NCBI GenBank assembly: GCA_000697335.1 | Contig: JNEM01012908.1 | Span: 1-38,503, forward strand | Direction: 5' to 3' | Length of the DNA: 38,503 bases | DNA from: Conidiobolus incongruus B7586 | Lineage: Eukaryota | Translations under genes and position numbers: made by a program | Part shown: piece by piece, positions 12,581 to 23,905 of the stretch | How positions within the stretch are numbered: the first letter of the stretch is position 1 | Layout of the letters: every line of letters begins with the position of its first letter | Notes under the pieces: generated by a model | Seen by the model: only the letters and a program-made list of their open reading frames with translations | What the model was told of the DNA's origin: nothing | The model's database searches: none

Positions 12581-15440
12581 TTACTATATATCTTCACTAT
12601 TTATAATTGATTAACATTATATTTTTAGTTATTAATCCTTATATTCTTACTCTAAACCCCATCATATTCTATTTTAGCACCTGGTAAATTTTTGAACATA
12701 AACATAACCTCAAATATTGGATTCAAATTAAACATCTATATTTCCATTGACACTCCTGGTTCATTTGTTCCTATTATCCTAACCATATCTGCTCTTTAAC
12801 TTGCGGGGTCCTTTTGTGAATATTCATCATCTTACTCTCAGTAATCACGTCTATATTATTTTAAAATTTAATCATCATTAAATTAATTATATTATATGCC
12901 ATCCAGTTCACTTTTTAAATTATTACCACAGCTATTATGATTCAAGAAAAACTATTTAAACAATTATTCAAAAACTCACTTTTTTGGTTCTAAATATTCC
13001 TCATTTAACAAATCCTAAATCTTTTTACTTTATAGTTTAACCGATTAAATTCAACTTTTAATCCATATTTACCAACATCTCAATCTAATTTTAATATTAT
13101 TTATTATTTGATCCTCTGTATTTATACTAATAGAATATTCAAAAATTTGGCTAACTGTATCTTATCATTTTATTATTTGCAAGCACCAATAGATTAATCC
13201 AAATCCTATTTTTCACTCAATATTTGTGTTTTTAGATTATGGTCATTAATTCTGAAATTATGATATCTTCTATTTATTATTATTTTGAATTATTATTCTA
13301 ATTTCTAATATACCAATTTTTCAATTCCTATATAAATCAAATTATAACAAATATCTAATCTTTTTATATTAATGCTAAATCTTCAAAATATATTATATTT
13401 TAATTGGTAATTGGTATTGTAGTACATTGGATTTGACAACCATTAAAATGCAAGATTATTTTATCAGAATTAATTATCCATGAAATATTACCAAAATTGG
13501 GACATAATAATCACGTGGATATGAGAAGATTAATATAAAATGATATGAAAAAATTAGTTGTTCAGTTTAAGAACACAAAAGTGTAATTTAAACCTGACAT
13601 TTTTTCGTTAATGCTCAGAGTTCACCGAGCTCAATAACAAAATAATCTCGAATCAAATTTTTGTGTTTTAAATTAAAAATTAATTGGATTGATTAGATCT
13701 ATTTATCCAAAATTAAATTTGAAAGAATGTAATAATTAAGTACTTAATGATAAAACAAAATTTTATAATATATGAAATCCATAATTTAAGCAATATACTT
13801 AATTGGGCTTTGATAACCTTAAAATAAACTTTCTTTGTATACGTTGAGTAAATTGATAATTATAATATTTTAATATTTAAATATAACTAATTAACAATTT
13901 TATTAAATCAATTTCAATTAAAATATTTTTAGAATAATTTAAAATATATGAAATACTGTATTAATCTGAAAAGAAAATTATTTAATTACTCATTGGTAAA
14001 ATATAAAAAATTATTATTGAAATAAATTTGAAAATTAATTATTTTATTTTATTTAAGGTTAGTAAATAGTTTTATTTTGACTTTAACTTTTCTTTATGTT
14101 TTGAGAGTAGTGTATTTTACATATATGCTAAGTAATTATAATAGTTTTAATAGGTGCTTATCATATCATATTATAACAACTGTATCTGAAATTTGTATTT
14201 GTGAATTATTGTTTAAAATTTCTTATATTATGGTCTTTCAATCGAAAATGTGTGAATAGTTAGATAATATTCAGCCTCAGAAAACAACGATGATTACGAA
14301 TTCAAAAATGAGGAAGAATGTTGTTGGTCAGTGATTGAGGGATTTCTAGCGCAGTGGATTATAGAATGTATGATTAATTTATCATTTCATCAATTTCTAT
14401 AAACATACTGCCATTATTTGTAACAAGCGAAGACAGTTTTCAAACTTTAATACTTCAACATTATGAATCATTGGTATAATAATAAGAAATATAATACAAA
14501 AATTTGTAAATATTAATATATATATTCAGGAAATGAAAGATTATTGAAAGTTGATCAAAATGTTATGAATATATAATTTGCTATTAATAGAAATATTAAT
14601 CAGAAAGAGACATATTTATCAAAGTAATAAAACAGATAGTATTATTCATTACCCTTAATATATATTTATTCATGAAAATTATATTTTCAACAAACAAAAT
14701 AGATTATTATTTGTTTAATTTAAACTCACCACTTACAACTATCATTTTATAGGTCATTTGAAAAAGTAACTTGTTTGACTATATATAAAACTCCAAATAC
14801 AAGTTAATTCTTTTTATCAATCAAAATCCAATAATACTAATTGATATTTTTATTTGTTATTCTATATTTCCAATATTATATATATCATTTTGAGTAAACT
14901 AGTTTATATTATACTTGTTTATTAATCTATTCTCAATCTAGAGTATAATGTTTTTTAATTTGTATATTCTAATGAAATATCAAATGAATTTAATACTAAT
15001 CAAAAGAAAGATTTTGCATAATCAGAATAATGAATCGTAATTATTATTATTATTTCAGACTTGAATTAATAATATGAATAGCTATTTTGAAATACAATAA
15101 CCATGTAAAAGGAAATTTATTTAATTTTTAAAACTATTTTCGGTTTAAGTAATATCTTATATTTATACATTAAGTTAATTTTTATGATTTTAAGCTAAAC
15201 TATTTTTTAATATAATAATGTGTAATTGTATTTATATAGAAAATTGACAACCTAGTAGTTGACAATTTATAATTCAAATATTATCCAAATTGAAAAGAGT
15301 AGCAAATTTTATCCAATAAAATTCCATGATTCTCATACAAAATTAATAAATTGCTTTTTATGGGAGTGGATTTTCCTATATGACTTAGAAATAATCTTGG
15401 AATTTGGAATTACATTTCTTAATTATTAAGCAATTTTATT

Positions 15441-16767
15441 ATGTCTGCCTCAAGAGTTTATTTGGGTCGCTTATCTCGCGATGCCCGAGAACGTGATATT
15501 GAAAAATTATTCAGAGGTTTTGATATTAGAGAAATTACTTTGAAGAATGGATTTGGTTTTATTGTAAGTTGTTTGTTCTACCCCTTAATACATTCCTCTT
15601 TCAGCATCAATTCAAATCTTCGTTCCTAATTTTCTCAATTCTTATTCTAATTCACATAATATTAAATTTTTATATAATATATTAGGAATTCCGTGATTTT
15701 AAAGATGCTCAAGATGCTGTTTATGACTTTAACGGACGTGACTTTCTTGGTGAAAGGTAAAATCAGATATTAACATAATTATTGGTTTTCTTAAGTTATA
15801 GTAGATTAATTGTTGAACACGCTCGTGGTCAGCGCGATCGTTATTCTCGTTCAGACCGTTTTGACAGACATGACAGACACGACAGATATCCTGAACGGTA
15901 ATATATTTTACAAATATTCAATAGTTTGAATTTTCTAATATGGTTTTTTTAGTCGTCACAATCCCCCTACAAGAACTCAACATCGTCTCATTGTGGAAAA
16001 TCTTTCTTCAAATGCTACTTGGCAGGTACTTGGTCTTTTCCCCTCTTTATCTTAAAATTTGTCCTTTATCTCTATATCAAACTGGATATTACCAGCTTTC
16101 AATTGCAAACAAACCCACAGCTCTCCAAGGCTTACAGCTAAGAAAGTGTGGTGTCCTTTTTGACCCATTAGTGGTCTTTTAAATAATGGACTTTTTTGTT
16201 TGCTATTTCTCATGTTAAATGGTTCCTAATGTCTGTCTACTCTTTCCAGGATCTCAAGGATCACTTCCGCAAGGCTGGTGAAGTTACTTTTGCTGATTGT
16301 CATAAATACCGTGAAGGAGAAGGGTGGGAAATCATTAAATTAAGCATCTATTTAATATTAACACTTGAAAATGTGTAGCGTTGTCGAATTCGCTACCAGT
16401 GAAGGTTTGAAAGAAGCTATTAGAACCCTTGATAATACTGAACTCCGTGGTCGTCGTATTGTCATCCGTAATGTAAGTTTCGTTGATAATTATTAAGATA
16501 AATGATATATTCATGGTATTATAGGATGAATCTCGTGGACGTCGTCATGATTCTCGTTCTCCTCGCCGCAGAGACTCCCGTTCTCCTCGCCGTGATCGTG
16601 GACACGATGATGAAAACAGACCTCGTCGTTCGTCTCGTTCCCAATCTCCCCGCGATGATCGCCGTCACAGCGATCGTGAGCGCCATCGTGATGATGACAA
16701 ATCTCCTCATGATGAACCTGCTCGCTCACCCAATGATCGTGACCCAGCTCCTGCTGATGAAGAGTAA
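15441..16767 (+). CDS. SR splicing factor, SRSF4/5/6 (Srp2)-like; paralogue B, 7 exons, 256 aa
   Basis: Exons 15441-15563, 15686-15756, 15805-15897, 15953-16025, 16250-16323, 16379-16472 and 16525-16767 total 771 nt, with the same six intron positions as paralogue A. Motifs: [48 protein letters not shown] and an RS/RD tail. Confidence 0.94.
16026..16249 (+). promoter_or_regulatory. Conserved 224-nt intron 4 of SR gene B; candidate unproductive-splicing regulatory element
   Basis: It aligns block-by-block with 11694-12001 apart from one ~84-nt internal segment present only in copy A. Confidence 0.75.
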
Positions 16768-19700
16768 TTATTTTTTGTATATGCTTTAATTTATTTTTAA
16801 CCCCATTTTATTTTAGATATTAATTATTCTACCATTTCGAATCTCTAAAATATTCAAGTACCAGTACCATTTAATTTCCATTTTATTTGGGTCAAATTCA
16901 CGTAAATTGGCTCGCTATTACATGTTGGATACTCGTTATTATCTTCATATTGTATCATCAATGGTTATTGTACAATCTTTTTTGATATTTCCATTATATT
17001 TAGGTATTCGATTCTATTCTCTAATGTTCCTATTTTATATTATACCAAAATTTAGTTTCATTATTATCCCTTTTTAATATATTCTATTTTTGAATGTCTA
17101 ATGAGTTTTTTTTTTCGTTTTTTGCCATTTCAATTATTATCCATTTTATTTTTTCTTATTTTCTTTTAACATATATAGTCACAAATCATTCTCTGTTTGA
17201 ATTCTCAAGATTTATCTTTAATATTCACAGATGTTTAACAATGAAACCCATTAATATCATCATTTAGTCTTCTTTAAAATATGCATTTAGAATTTGTTTT
17301 TTCATTTTGGACTATATAATCCACTTACAGAATTTATATATCTACTAACAGCTTTACATTAGTTATATTATAAATTCGACTTAATTCATTATTACAATAT
17401 ATTCAAATATTTAATCATTTTAGAACATATCTATTACCAATTTTTTAGAGAATTTACTCTATTATATATTTATTCAACTCATATCATTTAAGTTAGATTT
17501 CTTAAGCCTTATTTAAATTTCTAAATAAAACAAACTCTGATTATATTATTTTATCTATAACATCGATTGATTTCATTAATTTTGAATTAATTTTTTAATT
17601 GTTAAAATTCTTTTCCATGTTATAATAAATATTAATCCATATTCATTTTAATTATAAAAAATAATATTGCTAATATAATCAAAATATAATTAATTTGAAA
17701 AATATTGTGTATTATAAAAGAAAACTTTATTTTCAGTATTACAATCAATATAAATTGATTTAATTATAATATATATATATACAAATTAATCATACTATAA
17801 ATACATTATTATAAAATAATTATTAATAATCTAAATATATATATATTTGAATCTTTTTGATTTTTTGGTTTAATATAAATATTACTAGATTTAAATTAAA
17901 ATAAAATACTTGAGTTTGATATTCAGTATTTAGTTTTAAACAAGTTTAGATAATTTAAAAGTTATAATATTTTTATAAAAATTCTGTATTTTCATCAAAT
18001 CCTCAGCACAATTGTATGATATATATCAAATTAAATCCAATGATTTGGATGCAAACTGTGGCAAGGTATTTCAAAATGAAAGTATTTAGTTAAATTGTAG
18101 CTATTTGATAAATAATTAATATCTGTTTTTTAATATATTTCAGGTAATGAGGTCTTATAATTTGAATAAATTTTTGATATAGTTTGAACATATTAAGCTC
18201 AAATTCAAGAATTAAATTCATATTAATTGTATCGGTTTTGATTAATTGATATAATGAAAAAAAATGACATTGAAATAAAGGGTCTAAACATATCTGATAG
18301 TAACATAAATACTATTGCTAATAGCATAATCACAAAAAGTAAATATTTCTGGATCTATCAATTGAATATTATAATGAAATTCTGGCCCAATATCTATAAT
18401 TTTGCGAATCATTGCACCCTTGTTGCTGTAGTCGAAGATAATTCAATGAAGTTTCGCAATTTGAATAACAGCTATATGTCTCTCGTATTAATTTCGAACT
18501 GATATAATAGTAGATTTTTCTGTTAGCCTTATTAAATCTCCAAATTCAATCTTTCTAAATAAAATTAGTCTTTTCTATTTAGTATTTCCTTTAAATACGT
18601 ACATAATAGTTAATATTATAAACTACTGAGTTATTTTTAAATTAAGAGACTCAAATTGAAGAACGGCAATAGTGAAATTCTCTGTTTCTTTCATCTTCAG
18701 ATCTGTTGTTGGCATTGCTCTATCAGAATTAATCTAATATGAAATGGAGAATATAAAATTAGTTCTGTGCCAACATTCATTAATGTTGAAATATTTCAAT
18801 TTGAACATATAATTAAAGAATGATATTCTTTTAAATTGATTTTAGGTAGGTTTGATTAAAATGACAAATTCAAGGAATAATCTTTATCCTAGGAATTATA
18901 GTGTTTGTATTGTCAGGCTTTTGGATAGCTATATTCACACTGAATGCTAGAATTTACAATATTATCAAATATTTCGTAAAATACTCAGATCGAGGATAAG
19001 GAGAAAAGAGCTGACTATCAGGCAATATAAGAAGATATCTTGACTGATATTAAATATTCAATTATTGAGGATATACTAAAAATTAAATTTCATATAAACT
19101 ATGCACAATTATTTCACATATATGAACCTCTAACCACTGTTTTAATCAAAAGTTTTACATTTCTCGAGGATTTGAATGTTCTACTAAAGCTGACACATTA
19201 ATATTTATAATATAAACACTAAGAATACTTTAGACAAACTTTTTCACATTTTAAGCAAAAAATGAACCTTCATTTGAATTAACATTCTTTCAAAATACAG
19301 AACAAAATTAAATATATTTAAATTAATATATTATTTTAATATAATTCTCTGATAATTATGTTGAAATATTAATCTATATTAATAAGGTATTTGAAATAAA
19401 TATATAACATATAAGGTAATTTTATGTATATGTATTCTTCAATTAATATGTACTGAGTATTATTTACCTTGATACCGCATCATTATTCTCCAATCCAATC
19501 AAATTTTCTTTCCAAGTCGGTATATAAAACTGATTTATTAGTAGTGCCCAGGTTTGAAACTTGTTAATTTTCTTTGAATGAACTAATTTTTTAGTCCGAG
19601 TATTATATTGGCAAAAAATGTATTAAATTGACAGATCAATCTAAATAATTGTATTTTTTTGAATCAATAAAAACATTATATACCATAGTAATTTATGTAA

Positions 19701-21133
19701 TATTGCCATAAAAGCCTTATATATCATAGTTTTCGATAATTTAATAATATGAATATTATGTAATATAGTATTCATTTCTAATTCAATTAATTATTCTAAT
19801 GATAAAATCTTTTTAATAGATACATGTTTTAAATATATCTATATAAAATAATTTTATACAATATATTTCAAATGGTCTTTTAAACATTATATGTTCTCAT
19901 TATAATATCAGGTAAAAACTCTGATCAACTCAAATTTAATATATAACCAAGTCTCGAGTTTAAATCTTTAAGTTATAAGCTTGTTTATAATAGCAGGTTG
20001 TCAATATCCTTTGTACATCAATTATAATAAATGAATATAATTGACAAATACTAATTAATATTTATATTATCAGGCAATGTAAAAATTTAGTTAAAAAATT
20101 GGTAATTATTATTTGGAGCTACTAAAGAGTCATTCGACTATCCGAAGTGTATTCAAACAATCAGTTATTTGTAACTTCAAAATATTGTTTTTAATATTTT
20201 TAAATTAAAATAATAAACAATGACAAAAAATACAAATTCTCCAAACTTTTTATTATATTTAAAGATTGAGAAATTATCTGAAAATATCTCGGATGGATTA
20301 CTGTCTATTATATTTTTGGACAAACAATATAGTTATTAAGTGTCAAAATTGATAGATTTTTTGAAACACACTCTAACTTTTAATGAATTATTGATTAATT
20401 AAAACATAAAGATTATGACCTGAAAGACAATAATAAAGATTAAATTATAATCATTATATAAATATATTAACAATAATCATCTAACCCAATGAGATAAGCT
20501 GCTGATTTCCTGAATTATAAGAATTGGCTAAGAGAATTTGTCGTTTCTACTTTTGAAAGTTTGAATTGCTGAAATATGGATATATCTCAATTTTAATTAA
20601 AAGATTGATATTTAAACCATAAATCACTCAAATAATTCGAAACTTATGCTTTACTTATTTGATATTATACATTTTTTGATTTTTTAACAGTATTAACTAA
20701 TATAAACCACGGAAATTTTTTGAAATGATAGTTATCGAATTGAAACGATTTATTTGATTAAGAGAAATAGTTTTGATTATAATAAAAATTAAGAATTCTT
20801 GTTATTGAATCATAATATAAATATTTTTTACAACAATATAACCATAATTACTTAATCAAACATTAATACCAAATATTTATTAAATTAATAAATTTGATAC
20901 GTATTTACTAATCTAAATAAATTAATTTAATTTAATCTGATCTCAATAAAATTTTGAGTTCATTAACTTATAATCAATTTGTTTCAATTCAAAACTTTAC
21001 AATTAGTGTATTTTTAATAGAGCAGCATGTTTGTTATAAATCAGCCAAAAACCCAATGGGCTTTCTTTTTAGTTGAATGATAATTTAAGGTCTTTATCTA
21101 TTATTATTAATTTTCATATATTCTTTTAATTGA

Positions 21134-21839
21134 ATGGAACAAGCTTTAAGTTCTCCTATTTCAATTGAATTTGCGTTACCTCAGAAGCAGAAACAAAAGA
21201 CCGAATTAATGAAAAGTGAAACTCTAGATAGCATAGACACTTCTCTTTATAAATCTTTACCAATTGATTTGTCAATAACAGCTTGTGGTATTGAAATTAA
21301 TATTATTCATTTACATTATGGTATAACTTTATATTATTAAAAAAATTTATTTATTCATTTTGAATATTTTAGAAACCACTAATGACTGTATTTTGTTAAT
21401 AAAAATAGTTGCGGTATTAACTATTGTGTTTTTCCTAGTACTAGTAATTGAAGGGACTATTAATTCGAATATGTATACACCTCTTTTACCTTTGTCAACA
21501 ATTGGATTTCTGTTAGATTATAGATTACTATGCTTTCTATTATTAAGCATTAGTTTAATAATATTCTTACTAATAGGTTTGATACTGCGTTGGGGACCTG
21601 CATTAGATAATGAATTAGAAAATGAAGGAGAAGTGGTAGTGACACAAACTTGTTTACCACCAACAGATTGGAAAGCAGTGACTTTTCCAAATGTTCCAAA
21701 AATTTGTATGCTTTCTTTTGACTCAGAACTGGACAAATATGAGAAAAAAATACTGCAACCTGAAGCTGAGTCATCATCTAATTCAGCACCCCTACCGACA
21801 ACCAAGTCTCCTCAATTACCACCGCTAACTGGTCTTTAG
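21134..21839 (+). CDS. Hypothetical membrane protein, 2 exons, ~206 aa
   Basis: Exon 21134-21287 (GTATTG donor) joins in frame to 21373-21839 (TTTTAG acceptor). There are two to three hydrophobic segments (ILLIKIVAVLTIVFFLVLVI; LLCFLLLSISLIIFLLIGLIL) and a Pro/Ser-rich C-terminus. No family was recognised. Confidence 0.65.
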
Positions 21840-21907
21840 TAAAACAGTGAAATTGAATTTTGATCCAATTGGATTCAATTGTATATTTATTATCATTCAA
21901 CTATATT

Positions 21908-21931
21908 TATATATATATATATATATATATA
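21908..21931. repeat. (TA)n microsatellite between convergent gene ends
   Basis: About 12 TA units. Confidence 0.9.
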
Positions 21932-22056
21932 CTAAAATTAAATACATGTTTTTACTTAATAAAATTGTAAATCGTTTAAAAAATATTTAGCATTTTTTAA
22001 ATGCTATATTTTATATAATCTACCATTTTATTGAATGTTGATTCTTATTTTATTAA

Positions 22057-23775
22057 TTAATTTGTTGTTTCTGATTCTACATTTTGGTTATTAGACCTGG
22101 ATGAGCTATTTCCAAATTCTTTCCATGTAATATTATTCACACCGAAGAATCCTAATATTACTAAAACAGCTCCAATGTAATAGTATACAGATGGTCGTAC
22201 TCCATGAATAATGATTTCTCCAACAATAGAAATAGGAATCTAAAACAAGGTATAAAATATCAGTCACAGTGAATTATAAAATTGTATATTAATTGTATTA
22301 CTGTAAATGAAAGACCTAAGGTAACGACCAATGGTGAAGTCTATATAAATTGTAATTAAGATACGCATCGATTTTGAAATTATCAAGGTAATACTTACTA
22401 GCATAACAGCATATAGCCATAAATAATCAGATCTAGAGAAAATTGATTAAATTGAATTCAAATATTAATTAAAAAATAGTGAATTACAGAACTGTTCCTA
22501 ATAAAGCACCGATAAACAAAATTAACCAGATGGTACCATTTGGAGGGAAACTGAAAGGCTCGAATCCAGTGTAATGAATGATAGCAAATACAGGAATTAA
22601 AATGATCAAATTAATCAAACCAACGAAACCTAAGAATAATTGAGGATCTACCAATTCATCATCAACCTTGAGCTTTAAGAATGTAATATAAAGTCCATAG
22701 AATACAGATCCCAATAATGCTATCAAATCTCCAACAAATGAGTGATTGTTTCCAGAAGTATCTGAAGATTGAGAATCCAATAATGCAATGACGACTACAC
22801 CGGCCAAGCTGTAGAAAAAAGGTAAAATTTAGCCAATCAAATTGATGAATCATTCATTTATTACCTCACAGCAACTCCCAATAATTTGATTTTAGTAAAT
22901 TTTTCAACTTTGAAAAATGTTCCCAAAATAAGCGTGAATACCCCTAAAAATAAAAATCACAATAATATTAATAGTGAAAAAAAGCAATATTAAAAGGAAA
23001 AGTTACCGGAAGTAGAACTCAAAATAGTGCTACTGGCAACACTGGTTAAGGCAATTGATAAGTTACTGGACCAGTTGGCAATAAACCAAAGAATACAGAA
23101 TTGTAAACTTAACTTTGCGGTCTATAAAAAGTTCATAATTTTAATAATGACAAGGTATATAATATAAAATTATTATACCTCAAAATCAGAGAATTTTTCG
23201 CGTTTAGGTTGAGTTTTGGGATCTATATCTTCAACACAGGTAATATCATCATTTATATATCTAGTCTAAAAGAAATTTGTCAAATTATGTAAATTAGATC
23301 AATTTGAATAATTACCTCGGGATTAGTTCTAACTTCCATTAAAAGTGGGCTAAGGGTAGTTAATAGTTCATAGAAAAGGAATAACACACGTAAAGAAAGA
23401 AAACAGCATTGAGCAAATTAAGAGCAAGCACAAGAGCCAAGAGTGAATAAATTTAAAAAAAATATCCAAACATCAGATACAGAAAAAAAAAAATTAGTAA
23501 ACAAAATAATTTTACCTTGAAGCGTCTTCTACCTGCGAAGAATTTTTACCAACAAATTTTTTAATTAATCTGGTAGAATACACAATTACAAGATATAAAG
23601 AAAAACAACCAGTATTAAAATAAGTTAAGAAAAAGGGACGATTAAAGGACTGATCTTGAAATAAAAAACTGGTTAAAAATGAAGAACCAACCCATAGTAA
23701 AACAACACCTAACAAAAAGATGAGTCCTAGGATATATCTACTTCTTGGAGATTTAATATATTTTAATATGAACAT
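22057..23775 (-). CDS. EamA/DMT superfamily transporter, SLC35F5 / yeast Thi74-YML018C-like, 9 exons, ~383 aa
   Basis: Exons 23775-23516, 23349-23316, 23265-23179, 23121-23007, 22943-22865, 22808-22488, 22432-22399, 22340-22302 and 22239-22057 total 1152 nt in frame. Motifs: VVLLWVGSSFL, FNRPFFLTYFNT, TAKLSLQFCILWFIAN, TSVASSTILSSTSGVFTL, GDLIALLGSVFYGLY and LSDYLWLYAVMLTSPLVVTLGLSFTIP. Confidence 0.9.
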
Positions 23776-23867
23776 TGTTTTAATATATTAAAAATTGGAA
23801 AGAGAGATGTAATCAAAATGTGACAAAATTCAACTCAGATTAATCAAATAAAATTATAATTTTCTCT

Positions 23868-23905
23868 TTTGGTTGAAAGGATAATTATCCTTTTATTCAA
23901 CCAAA
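23868..23905. repeat. Inverted repeat with a central 18-bp perfect palindrome, upstream of the DMT gene
   Basis: TTTGGTTGAA...TTCAACCAAA arms surround the palindrome AAAGGATAATTATCCTTT (23876-23893). Confidence 0.7.

Noticed and set aside
12246..12614. ORF-track ORFs 12246-12464, 12264-12614 and 12278-12574
   Set aside because: These are shadow frames of the repetitive RS-domain exon of SR-A.
14077..14259. Short ORF (similarly 18254-18502 + and 30354-30545 -)
   Set aside because: These are AT-biased low-complexity translations with no recognisable motif or exon context.
16082..16096. CTGGATATTACCAGC in the SR-B intron resembles the P5 hairpin of TPP riboswitches, which do occur in fungal introns
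   Set aside because: The CUGAGA J2/3 motif, the UGAU J4/5 motif and the GCG after P5 are all missing in both paralogues, and the host gene is unrelated to thiamine.
15940..16789. ORFs 15940-16182, 16502-16789, 16511-16729 and 16519-16710
   Set aside because: These are off-frame or antisense shadows of SR-B exons and intron. The 15940 ORF is not open in paralogue A.
18053..18062. AAACTGTGGC, an exact yeast Met31/32 site
   Set aside because: It is a single copy far from any gene start, with no sulfur-metabolism gene nearby.
19516..19566. Hairpin GTCGGT..ACTGAT plus CCAGGTTTGAAACTTG resembling tRNA arms
   Set aside because: There is no cloverleaf, and the invariant bases are missing.
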